The position numbers and the translations under genes were made by a program. This document shows positions 52,313-64,000 of a stretch of 64,000 bases of DNA, piece by piece; the first letter of the stretch is position 1; every line of letters starts with the position of its first letter. Under the pieces are notes generated by a model that had not been told where the DNA came from, ran no database searches, and saw only the letters and a program-made list of their open reading frames with translations. The stretch is from Callorhinchus milii (lineage: Eukaryota): assembly GCF_018977255.1 (NCBI RefSeq), contig NW_024704762.1:7874001-7938000 (forward strand), written 5' to 3'.

Positions 52313-52763
52313 TTATTTAATTCCCTTTGAAATGGCCCCCAGTTGACCCTGTCTCAGAAGCTACCCCTTGGCAACTCATTCCATATTCTGCTAAACCTCT
52401 GTAAGAATTCCTTCCCTCCCCCACCCCCACACTCCTGGTTATAATCTTAAAATCCATGCCCTTATATCCTGAGATCAACAGAAATACATAGTTCATAATT
52501 TACCCTCTCAAACCCCTTAATTATCTTTTTTTTTAAAAAAAACACTTATCTGATCGTGTAAGAGAAGGGGACTGGAAAAACGGGGGAAGATGCCTTTTGC
52601 GGGCAAGCAATGTGTTATTGTCTGAGTGACAGATAGGGGAGTAAACTTGCCCTGGACAGCTGAAGGGGAAGGTGATAGGAGTGTACTTCCTGGTAGCAAA
52701 GCTGAGCTCCTCTGGCTCCCAACTTGTGTGTGTGTGTGTGTGGTGTGTGTCTGGAGTCTAGAG

Positions 52764-55123
52764 ATGGAAGATCAGGAAATGCAACTCAAAGTGAAGAAGG
52801 GTGAGACCACAGCAGAGAATGTGAAAGGGAATAGTATTGGGATAAGTGCAGGAAGGGCAGGGCATTGGGTAGAGAGCTCCTCCAGCCAGGCAACTGGCCT
52901 CCTACTTTGTGCCTTAATTCGGAATGCGAGCTGTCTGAGACCCATGCAGAGAGAGAGCAGAGAGAGCAGAGAGAGAGCTGCAGTTGTCTCGGTTTAAATG
53001 CAATCCGCACAAGCTTTAGCGCTGCATTTGTGGCACAGAGCTCGACTTCCCTCTACTGAGTTCTCTTGTCTTTTTATTTAATTCCCAGGGAAATTGTACG
53101 TTTCATTGTGAATCCCAACTCTCCCTCTCCCCCCTCTCCCCCCTCTCCACCACCACTCCCCCTCTCCCCCCCTCCCACCACCACTCCCTCTCCCCCCCCC
53201 ACCACCACTCCCCCTCTCCCCCACACCACCACTCCCCCTCTCCCCCCCCCACCACCACTCCCCCTCTCCCCCCCCCCACCACCACTCCCCCTCTCCCCCC
53301 CCACCACCACTCCCCCTCTCCCCCCCCACCACCACTCCCCCTCTCCCCCCCACCACCACTCCCCCTCTCCCCCCCCCCCACCACCACTCCCCCTCTCCCC
53401 CCCACCACCACTCCCCTCTCCCCCCCCACCACCACTCCCCCTCTCCCCCCCCCACCACCACTCCCCTTCCCTTTCAGTCAGTTGCGATTTTTGGAAGGTG
53501 CGATCTTGTATCCGTGTTTCTAAATGCATTTTTTGTGTGTGTATATGGTAGATCCTGTCCAGATAGGACTCCAGCAAATGCTGTACATTCAATGGGCTGT
53601 AGGTGGGATGTTAATAGTGTGTATGGGTGTGGTGGGGGTTGTGGGGGTGGGGGCGTGGAGGGGAAGAGAGGAGAAGATGATGAGGGAGGGGGGTGGGCAG
53701 TAAAACTTCCAGTTAAATTGGAGCTATTTTTTTTTCCTTGATTGCACTAAAATCAAGCGGGCCTTCCGCCCTCTGGAACTCCATCCTGCGGTCCCTCTGT
53801 CTCGCCCCCTCCCTCCCTCACCACCTTCCAAGACCCACCTCAAGACCCTCCTCTTCGACCGTGCTTTCGATCTCCCTGCTTCCCCCCCCCCCACCGTCCG
53901 CCCTCCTTCACCCCGACCCTCAGCTCGGGTCCGTAACTCTGTCTGCCCAGTGCCTTGGGACGTCCTCCTGACGTGAAAGGCGCCGTACAAACGCGATTTT
54001 GTTGTTGTTGTTGTTGTTGTGAAAGATCGTTTAAAAAAAACTTGTTTGTTTGTGAACCGCTCGTTGCCTCTTTCCCACCCCACGACCCCCCACGAGTATT
54101 ACCACACAGTCACTACGCTTCACGGGGCGCTATATAAATAATGTGGCGCAAGTTGTTGTCGTCGCTGTCGTCGTCGTCGTTGTTGTTGTCGTCGTCGTCG
54201 TGAACTCCTGCCTTTCCTATTGGCTCCAGTTACAGACCGCTTCATGGAGAGCCTGTACTTCCTCGCCAACGAGCCCTCTGTCGCCCTCTACAGGCTACAG
54301 GAGCACGTGCGCCGCTCGCTCCCCGAGCTGGTGCAACACAAGGTCAGAGGGGTTGGGTGGGTGGGTGGGTGGTGGGGGGGGGCAGGTGTTGGGTGGGATA
54401 TGGATAAGGGACATGAGGCAAAGGCGGGTAGTTGGAGTTGAGTTACAGATTAGCCATGATCTGATAGAATGGCGGAACGGCTTGAGGGGCTGAATGGCCT
54501 CCTCCTGTTCCTATGTTTCTTGTGGGGGGTTTGATGGGATTGGTCGCTTCTGTATTGCCTTCCCTCCTCACTCCCCTCCCCTTCCCTCATTTCCCCCCAC
54601 TTCCCCCAACCCCATGGGCAAATCTATTGCTCACACTCAGGGGAAGTAATGGGGTTGAGACTCAAGGGCATTGAGGATAAATTGGTGAGGTAGGGGAACG
54701 CGCACACTTACCGTCAGTGAAATAAAACCGCCGCTGAATTGGGTGTGGAGCCAGCTGTGACTGACTGATCCCTGGTTTCTTTCTCCTCTGCACAGACAGA
54801 CATGCAGGAGGTGGAGGAACAAGGTCAGGGAGCTATCTACACAGTGGAGTATGCCTGCAGGTGAGAGCACACAGTTTTTATTTCTAATTGTACCCTCTCT
54901 TTCCTCTCCCCACACTCTCCCCCATTCCGCCCCCCCCCCCACCCAGCTCAGAGTGCAACGGTGATTGTCAAAGGGTTAATTCCTCCTCTTTCTCTCTCTC
55001 TCTCTCCCTCCGGAGTGCGGTCAAGGGAATGTCCAACAGCGGTGTCCACTTCAGAAGCATTGAGGGTCTCCTGAGACAAACAATCAGCATCAAGGAGCAG
55101 CTGTCCTCATTGCAGGGCCGCAG
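52764..55123 (+). CDS. BORCS8: BLOC-1-related complex subunit 8 (MEF2BNB), conserved exons 1-4; terminal exon(s) uncertain
   Basis: Exons 52764-52800, 54230-54342, 54796-54860 and 55016-55123 give MEDQEMQLKVKKVTDRFMESLYFLANEPSVALYRLQEHVRRSLPELVQHKTDMQEVEEQGQGAIYTVEYACSAVKGMSNSGVHFRSIEGLLRQTISIKEQLSSLQGR, which matches BORCS8. Confidence 0.93.
53120..53470. repeat. ~21-23 bp minisatellite (CCACCACCACTCCCCCTCTCCCCCC) in BORCS8 intron 1
   Basis: Roughly 15 tandem units, read directly from the sequence. Confidence 0.9.
53745..54020 (+). mobile_element. L2 3' fragment with (TTG)n tail
   Basis: CTCTGGAACTCC...CTCAAGACCCTCCTCTTCGACCGTGCTTT...GTGCCTTGGGACGTCCTCCTGACGTGAAAGGCGC(TTG)n. Confidence 0.7.
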
Positions 55124-55974
55124 GTAACGGACCCACCACAAAGTGTCACCCCTCTCCCTCCCTCCCTTTTCCCCCCTCCCCTTTCGCCCTCCCCTAGGCA
55201 CCCCATGTCAATCACCCTCTCCCCTGCTTTATCATCATTGCGCTTGTCATCTCATGAGGGGGCAGATCATTAAACACAGCAGCACGGGGTGGTGTGGTGG
55301 GGCGGGGGGGGGGAGAGGGAGGCTGGACTGAGTTTGGGACGACCCCGCCACCACACACCGTTTTTTTACCCCCAGCCCTGGCCAAAGATACGTGTGTGTG
55401 AACCTCTCCAATCCTTTCTGTTGAGGCTCTCACATGAACATTGGCCACTTGTGCTTGAGATACAAGAGGGCGTCTATGGAAAACCCCTCCCCGCTTCCCC
55501 CACAGTTTGAGCCAGTACAGAGGGAAAGGGGATGAATTTGGGGAGCGGATAGGGGTGGGGGGTAAACCAGCTGGCGGCTTGGAGTTGCTGCATTTGATGA
55601 GCCCCTGAGGGGCGCTAGTTAATTTGTGTGTGTTTATATTTTTCTGTTTTATACTTGCTGGTGCAGTTTATACCCCTGTGAGTACTGAGTGTGCATTCCA
55701 CCTGATCCACCTGACTCTGTCACTACCAGTTCTCCCCAGTCAGCTACACCCCGGCTTAGTTACAGAGGAAAGCATCTCCAGGTTAGCTCCACCATGGGTT
55801 AGTTACACAGGATTACTGTGGTCAAATACTGCCCTACTTGAGCTCCAGCAATGACTATCCAAACCTTAAGAACCAAACTCAGCCGTGAGCTCGTTCTGCT
55901 AATTTACACTTCACGGCAATTTGTTACCCTCCTAATCCCATTTCTTGTCTTTTCCCCTTGTCCCTTTGATTCAC

Positions 55975-56280
55975 TATAAATAATAACAATCCTTGCATTT
56001 GATACAGCGCCTTATCACGCTGTTGAGACGTCTCAAAGCGCCTCACACGATACACTGTAAAGTGGAGTGACTGTGTATTTGTGGGCGAAACATGGCAGTC
56101 AATTGTGCACTGCGGTGTCCCAGAAACAGTCATGGATTTGGTGACCAAATTATTATATTTTTTTTTGAAGGGATTATTACACCTGGAAAAGCAATATGCC
56201 AATGGACTAACAACCGGGGTTCCTACTTACTGCTGGGTAAAACAGAGGGGTGGGAAATAAGGAAACTTGCCTCAGGTTTT
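55975..56280 (-). mobile_element. Deu-SINE
   Basis: Tail, Deu core and AAGGAAACTTGCC segment. Confidence 0.75.
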
Positions 56281-56430
56281 GGCTCATTGTGACACTCCCA
56301 TGCCTCTAGCCGTTCGTTGTGCCAATTCCCCCACTCAGTACTCACATCCCCCCCCACCCCACGCTTCTCCTTTGTTTGATTTCTGTTGCCTTCGCTGCAT
56401 GCAGCTCAGTGACGTGAGTGTCTGTTACAG

Positions 56431-57417
56431 TTCCATTGTTACACAGGCTCCTCCTGATCCTTCCTCCTCCTCCTCCTCCTTCTCCTCTTCTTCCCGAGTG
56501 CAGACACAAGGGCATGCCCCTTTCATTCCAGGTTAGTGATGCTCAAGTCAAGTGGGCGGCTGAGGGGAGAGTTGGCGGGGAAAGTTCGAATTTGAGCCGC
56601 TGGCTTTTGAGGTCTACATTAATGGCCATCAACACAGTTAAATGTTGACAAATGAACAGTAATGCGAATCAGGGCAATGTGTGTTGCGTCTTTCTTGGTC
56701 CCATGTCGCTCTGGGTCTGTTCACTGGCAAAACTATAATCACTGGGGGAGGGAGTGGATTTGGTGGGTTTTGGGGTAGTTGATGGAACTCTCTCTCTCTC
56801 TGACCTGCCCTAAACCTCAAATCAATCATCAATCACAGGGACAGAGAGAGAGAGAGACATTGTTCCACAATGCACACTCTTGGAGCCTCCATATTGGAGG
56901 AAATGAATGATGATGATAAAAGGCAATTGGAAACGGATGGGGAGCGGGGAGAGGGAGGGGATGTCAGAACACAATCACCAGTATGTTTGGAAGAGAATGT
57001 TCCTTGGCCAAAATGGGAGGAAAGTAGAAAGATCATAATGTAAAGCTCCCACAACACTGCTACCCAGCAGATCACAGACCTTTCTGTGTTTGTGTACAAT
57101 CCGTGTTGACCTCTTCTCTCTCCCCCCAATTTAAGGCCCATTCCCTCTTCCCTTTCCTCCATCCTTTAGAATATTCTTCTGCATCACTTTCTGTTGTGAG
57201 AATCGTTGAGTGTTGGGCAGGTGGTAGGTGGGTTGGTGGGTGGGTGGTGGGAGTGGGGAGGAAGGCACAGGTGGGGGGTGGGTAAGTGATGATACAGAGG
57301 AGAAAATTTAAACCTTGTCATTGTCGGGGAGTTTGGTCTCCCTGTACAAACGTAACTTTCTGGTTACTCCGGAATTTTATCTCTGCCGCAGGAAGTGATG
57401 CAAAAGGAACGCCCTAA
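56431..57417 (+). CDS. BORCS8: Candidate terminal coding exons of BORCS8 (56431-56531 Ser/Pro-rich; 57392-57417 ending in TAA)
   Basis: Canonical splice sites (ttacag|, CAG|GTTAGT, ccgcag|) and compatible phases give SSIVTQAPPDPSSSS...FIPGSDAKGTP*. Stops at 56534-56536, or via the 56405 acceptor, are also possible. Homology support is weak. Confidence 0.45.
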
Positions 57418-58425
57418 GTGAGGGGCTAAAGAGGGCATCGGCCCCTGTCTACAGAGACCAGGTGAGCAACAGGAAAGCGGTTTTATTTCCTTTCCTCTTC
57501 ATCCCAACACCTGGCATCTACACCTGAGAGCCCGACTGAGATGGGAGGAAATGGGAGGTTCCAGGTTCTTTCACCATCTGTACAGTATTTGGACCTGGAA
57601 TACTGTGTGCAGTTGTGCTGTCACCCGGTGGCATCACAGGGTTACTGCTTCATCTTCTGATTACACAAAGAAAGTCAAGACAACTTGTGCTTTCGTGTCC
57701 GAGAATGTCTCAAAGTGCTTTCTAGAGTCTGGGTGGGAGATATGGAGGGAGGGAGAGAGGGAGGGAAGGGCCTCGGCAAGGGATCGAAGCATAGGCACGT
57801 AGAGAGAGGGAGGGAGGTCCAGATTGGGGGCAAAGTGACTGCAATGCTCATGCATTGATGGTTTGTGGGGTGGGAGGTGGGGGGGAGGTGATGGCGGTAG
57901 ATAAGAAACAGGTTGGTGGGAGGTGGAGGAGGATGTGGTGGAGTAAGGCGAGCGGATCACAGAGGTGAAGTGGGATGGCGGTTAAGGCCGGGAAGATATA
58001 GTCTTACCCATTTGGGTTACTAGCTGAACCAATATCTTTTTTTTAATGCTTCCTCAGTGTTGGGTGGTGCATCCAGTGAACCACAGACGTGTCCCACGAC
58101 ATGAACAAAGAGATTCTGATGTGATAAGCTCCTCAAGCTCAGCACCCTCCTGAAGGTTGGCCTCAGCATCCCCTGGGTTACACACAGGGCTGCCGTGTTT
58201 GACGTCTGAAAAAGTTTTTATTTTTCTCGAGACAACACGCCTCTCGAAAAGGATAAGAGCTCTTCAAATCGCTTCCCTGACCCTGACCTCCCACATCTAC
58301 AAGCAACCCTGGTCGCGCACCAAACACCCCTTTTTAATAGTCGTTTCTCTCATTAAAATGAATGTTGCGCTGGTGTATGTCACCCTGTGTAGTTGGAGGA
58401 TGTACATACTTAATGTTTTCACATG

Positions 58426-58460
<35 letters not shown>

Positions 58461-61400
58461 GCGCGCGCGTGCGGTACACACATCTTCCGGACGGGTAAAG
58501 CGGGAATTCAGCCTAATTGCCCCCATTCGCCAGCTCAGGGGCCTTGATGGCCAGTTGCTGTCGCAGCTGAGATTGGATGAGACAGAAGCTTATAAACAAG
58601 GTGCTGTGGTACAGTTTTCAGAACAATCACTGTTGTTAGCCTCAGAGAGAGGCCTTACTTGCTCAGCAGATGCATTTCTCTCTCTCTCTCCTGGGTGCTG
58701 ATGTATCTGATTTGACTCTAGCTTCCTGTTACTTTTACTCGCAGTAATAAATGCAGTCAAGACAGAAAATTGGTGATGTGTTGGTTTTCATTGTATTTTT
58801 CCTTCCCGAGTAGCCGTGCGCCACACTGTCGGGGGTGCCGTCCTTCACGTGAGATGTTAAACCGAGCTCCTGTCTGCCTGTTCAGGTGGACGTTAAGGAT
58901 TCCTTGGCACTGCTCAAAAAGAGAAGGGAGATTCTCTCTCCCGGTGTCCTGACCGACAATCCCACAGATAGAATTGGTCACTCATTTCATGTCTGTTTAT
59001 GGGATATTAGCAAATTAGCTGCCGCAGTTGTCTACAAATACACAGTCAGCTGCACCTCACAGTAAAATCCTGTGAAGCTCTTTGAGACGTCTCAACAAGG
59101 ATTATTATCTTTGTGTTAATAAAGAAAAGGCGCAGGACACGTTGCTTCCAATTGAAGGATAATTTAAATACAAAAAATGTGAAATTCAAATCTGAGATTT
59201 TTGGTCTGTTTTAAAATCTCCCGATCATATGTAAAGCTCCCCCCTTGCTTCCAGTCGGTTGTATGCAGTGACCCACATATGGGTTTCTTTGCAGTCACGA
59301 TCCCATCCTTTAAATTTCCCAGCGTTTCCATAGTGACGGGGATTAGTGTGACTCACTCACTGCGGAAGTTAATCCCAAATCGAGGGAGAAATATAATTAA
59401 CCCTTTCAGGAGCAAATTGGGACAACACAATGCAGCGCTTTCAAGGTGAGTTGGAGGCAATTAGTTTGCTCTCAACCACTGTCGTTTCCCATCAGTTAAA
59501 AACAACACCGGATTTCCACCAATGCAGATGTGTGAATGGGACTATATCAAATACAAGGATCATTATTACAGACATTAAGACGAGCTCGCTACTGCCTGTT
59601 CAGGCAAATATTAAAGGTCCCATGACACTTATTTGAAAAGAGGTGGGAGTTTCTCCCAGTGTCCTGTCCGACAATCCCTCCTAGTTGCGATGATCAATCA
59701 CTATGGCTTTTTGTGTTCAATTTGGCTGCTGCATTTTTGGCATAACAACTAGAGTCACTCCACTTTTGAGAAGCTTTGACAGTTAAAGACTCTGTATCAA
59801 GTGCAAGTATCATTCTTACTTACAAATGTTTTATATATTTCAATTCAGCGTCACTCAGCCAAACAGACCAGAGATCACAGTTCCACGTCTTGTATGAGTT
59901 ATTGATCTCAGCCAAGGTCAGGGCTTCAGTTACACAAAGAGCAAAATGGGAGAGAATCCTAGCTCCTGTGTGTGCTATTCAGAGACTCCATTGCTTGGGA
60001 CAGTAATAACCTTGATATGGGACAGTGGACATCTTTTAAGAGTAGCAGCTGTTTCCCCACCTGGTGGAGAAGAGATGCCAATTCAGCCAGTAGTAAATTA
60101 AGATTCTGGGTCTTTGAAGTCCATTAATAATAATAATAATAATCTTTGCATTTGATATAACGTCTTACCATGACATTGAGACATCTCAAAGCGCTTCACA
60201 GGAATATAGGGTAAAGGGGTTTTGACTGTGTATTTTGTGGGCAATGCCCCCAAAACAGCCATGGAGTAAGTGACCAATTTTACTTGGGGGATTGTTGACC
60301 AGGACACCGGGAGAAAGACGCCTTCCGTTTTCGAATAGTGCCACGGGTTCTTCAACATCCACCTAAACGGGCACTCGGGGCCTCAGTTTAATGTCTTATC
60401 CAAATGATAGGATTAAATCAATGTTGTATCAAGGTTAAAACTCATCAACCTGGTTAAGTGGTCAATGTTGGAATACCATTAAGTACCGCAAGAGGGAGCA
60501 GGTCACCAAGAAAACACAAAGAGCTTCCTGCAATTACAGACAAAAGGGCTCCAGACTTCCAGAACTTGAACCCGTGACCCTCTTTCTGACCTAAGAGAGA
60601 GCGAGAGAGAGAGAGAGAGCGAAAGAGAGAGATATTAATTGCAGTTGTCAATGTGCTTCATTGTGTTAAGAAGGTGATTGGAAGTGGATAGTGATGGTGA
60701 ATCCTGTTTGGAGATGTTTCATTGTGGTATTGTACTGTATCAAATGCAAGGATTATTGTACAGTATTGTCAAGGTAGATAGTGGGAGACTCTTCTGCTAG
60801 AGGGATCCAAGTCAGGGGAGCATAACCTCAAAGTTAGAGCTGAACCATTGAAAATGAGATCAGAAAGCAGATCTTTACTCAGAGGAGTTGGAAGATGTGG
60901 AGTGCATTGCTTCAGAAGGGTGAAGAGGCAGAATGGATGTCAGATGCTTAAAATGGAGTTTGATAGAAAACTTGGGAAGTGAGGGTAAGGAGAAAAGTTG
61001 GGAACATGGGATTAAAGGATCTGCCGTGGTCCAGTAAACTGGTGGAATAGGCTGGATGGGACCAATGGTCACCTCCTGATCCTGTGTAAGCAATGGATCC
61101 ACAGGGGACAGATGCCCCTGGTGAGACACAGCATCGCTAGTCTTCAATCAGACCTGTCCTTTTGCAACAGAAAAACCACATGGTTTATTTTTGGCCGAAC
61201 AGGTTTTAACTTCTCCCTGTCAAAGAAACGAGAAAAAGCAGAACTAGCCGAGACCCCAGGCCTCTGGTTTCCAGCCCCAGAGAGAGGTGTGGAACTGCGG
61301 ATCACAGCTCTTCTACCCCCCAGGCTACCGTCTCTTCCGACAGCTGGGCAAACGGTTCCAGCCTCTCCCGTGACCTCCCAACTTTGCCTAGAGGCAGTTG

Positions 61401-62519
61401 TATGTGTGTACGCTAGGGGCCGTGTGGTCTGTAGTGTATTGGGAACCCATCCTGTGGTCTTTGGGAAAAGTGGGTTCAAATTCAGCTCGGAACTAATAAG
61501 AGTCTTGGTGTTAGTTTGGCTCAGTTGCTCGTGCTCTCGCCTCTAAGTCAACAGGTTAAAGTCAGGACTCTGAGCACATGGGCGAGGCTACAAGACACTC
61601 CATTGCAGCATTGTCAGAGGTGCTGAACTTCAGGTGAGATATTACATTGAGGTTCTACTTGCCAATGGATGTTGAGACATCTCAAAGATGGGATAAGGCG
61701 CTATATCGAATGCAAGGATTATTATTGTTAAAGATCCTGTGATGTAGCTCAAGGAGAGACAATGTTCTCCTATTCTCCTATATCAAAGGGAATATCCCCT
61801 TTTTCTTTTTCTCTGCTGGCTGGGAAGATTACGAGATTGGTGGCTGACTTTCTCCACAATACCCACCCAAACATCTTTCATTATAACATTGAGCTGTTTC
61901 TTAAATAAACCCAGTGCCACAGCCTCCACACCCTTCCTGGTAACCTGCTCCTGCTGATTCCTGTTGTGTGTGTATTTATATATAAAAACACTTCCTAGTG
62001 TCCGCCCTTAGCAACCGTTGAATCTGTGACCTCTTGTACTGTTAGGGCCTAATGTTGATGGCAGAACCCTTATATCTGACAGTAAAAGTTTCTGAGAGAC
62101 TGAATCAAAGTTGTATTTACACAATGTAATCCAATGCTCTGGTCTCTTCAACCACCCTTCCTGGTAACCTGTTGCAGTCGTTAATTATCCTCTGAGTAAA
62201 GAGATACTTCCTGGAGCCTGTTCTGAAATTGCCCTTTGTAACCTTACCACTATGTGTGGGTGTGTTGTTGTTCTGTCTTGGAGCATCCAGAGGTATTGTT
62301 AGGAGTTTATTTTCTCAATCCTCTAGAAGGTACTGAGAGATCAGAAGTGAGACGTCACTTTTCAAGACTGAAGAGCTCAGCTGATCATAGCTCATTCCTC
62401 TGACACAGGGGCCCATTCCCGGCTGCATTTATTTATGTATTTATTTATACATATGCCTAGCTCGCCACTCCTTATACCCTTTCCATTGGAGTGACGAGTT
62501 ATTAGGAGTTCACTGTAGT

Positions 62520-63250
62520 TCTTATATGTAATCCTCACGCTCATGTTCAAATCGCTTCACTCTCTGGCACCTCCCTCCCTCTCCGACCTCTTCACTCCCT
62601 AATCCATCACCCGGTGCCTCCGTTCGACTGGCTCCGGCCTCCTTCTCGTCTCTTGCACCGTCCGCCCCACCATCGGAGGTCGCGCTTTCAGCCACTACGT
62701 CCCAAAATTCTGGAACGCTCTCCCTCAATCCCTCTGCCTTGCCCCCCCTCTCCCCTTTTTCAAGTCCCGCCTGAAGACTTTCCTCTTCGACCGTGCTTAC
62801 AGCCGTTTCCCCCACCCACCCCCACCCAGCTCGGAGTCAGGCTCCGCCACTGTTAAGCGCTCTGAGATGCTACCCTGTGTGGAGGGCGCTATATAAGTGC
62901 AAGTTGTTGTTGTTGTAATCAGTGGCTATTGGCTGCCGACCATATCAGACTCCAGTCTCACAACAACAACAAATTACATTTACACAGCGCCTTTCACATC
63001 AGGAGGATGTAGCAGGACACTGGACAGTCAGGATCTGCACCCGAGTTGGTGATTGGGATCAGGAGAGGTGGAGGGCGGTGGAGGGTAGGGTGAGGAGGGT
63101 GACCGAAGGCACGGTCGAAGAGGAGATTCTTGAGACGGATCTTGAAGGAGGCAAGGTGGGGGAACGAGGCAAAGGGACTGTGGGATGGAGTTCCAGAGGG
63201 TGGGGGCAGAGATGCTGAAGGCTCGACCACCGATGGTGGGACGGGCGAGT
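62520..63250. mobile_element. Two L2 3' fragments in tail-to-tail inverted orientation
   Basis: + copy ~62520-62915 ending in (TTG)n; - copy ~62960-63250 starting with (CAA)n. Confidence 0.7.
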
Positions 63251-63559
63251 TGGGGTCTTCTTTCCCCAACGCAGCTGCTGGTTTTGAGGTTTCTATACTA
63301 TATTTCGGAAACCAGAAAATAAATAGTGGAATAGAGTAAATGAACAGAAAAAAAGTAAATAAACATCCCCCTCCTCCCAAACAACCTCCAGGATTCAGCC
63401 TCTTTCGTTGTTGCACTTCCCAAAGTCCTTCCGACCTTGCAAGTTTATTCCGTAAAACCTTCACAGAGAAATGTATCTGTACAGATGTGCACATGTTGTG
63501 TGCAGTGCAAAGACTGCAGTCGGTTACATAAGGGAACGATCAATGTGATAAGTCTATTA

Positions 63560-64000
63560 TTAGGAGCAGGCTGTACACATGCCTAAGATAGATTGGCTGC
63601 CTTTGCGACGCTGGAGTGCAAAGTTCTACTCGGAATCCGAGTGTGGTCTTGCGTCCGAGGCCCCTCTCTCTCTCACAGGGGTCCGGAGTATGGTTTCCGA
63701 GGGTGGGATTTGCTGCCTGAGATGATAAGTCTTTTCCTCAAAAGAGATACATTGGGTTCGCACCGCACTCAGGCAGGAATGCTATTTCTGTCAGACGTTG
63801 CTACACCGCAGTTGCGATATAAAAAGATTCAGCCGGTACCGAAAGGAGAAGTAGTGTAGAAGGGGCTTCTTCTGCAAGGTCTTGGCGAATGCTAGTTAAC
63901 CCCGTGAGATCCGAAACACTTGTTTGTGCTGCAGCTTTGCATACGCAGTATGGCTCTGCACACTGACCTCCGGCCGCAGGTACCCCACTTCGCGTTGAGG
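63560..64000. promoter_or_regulatory. Rising CpG density at the window edge; possible start of the next gene's promoter or first exon
   Basis: CpG enrichment and a donor-like CGCAG|GTACC at 63979/63980. The identity cannot be seen in the window (MEF2B would be expected from human synteny). Confidence 0.3.

Noticed and set aside
53066-53592. Pro-rich or Gly/Trp-rich ORFs (also 48186-48925, 10448-10870, 19669-20130)
   Set aside because: Translations of simple tandem repeats.

Overview
Vertebrate genomic DNA, most likely from a cartilaginous fish, possibly a chimaera. That call is inferred from the dense Deu-domain tRNA-SINEs and the L2/CR1 LINE remnants. Six spliced protein-coding genes can be rebuilt by hand with phase-consistent exons: NR2C2AP (+), RFXANK (-), ANKLE1 (+), ABHD8 (-), MRPL34 (+) and BORCS8/MEF2BNB (+, 3' end uncertain). 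All six are human 19p13.11 genes, but here the ANKLE1-ABHD8-MRPL34 block sits between RFXANK and BORCS8. Points of interest: a U12-type AT-AC intron in NR2C2AP; a GC-AG intron in RFXANK; a SINE copy and neighbouring ANKLE1 exon with strongly AT->GC-biased substitutions (candidate gBGC hotspot); a head-to-head SINE inverted repeat in ABHD8; a minisatellite born inside a CR1 3' end; and a BORCS8 start with no CpG island of its own. There are no prokaryotic-type systems (CRISPR, defence islands). Most ORFs in the supplied track are spurious repeat or low-complexity translations. I found no convincing wholly new biological system; the findings are gene-structure and genome-evolution observations.
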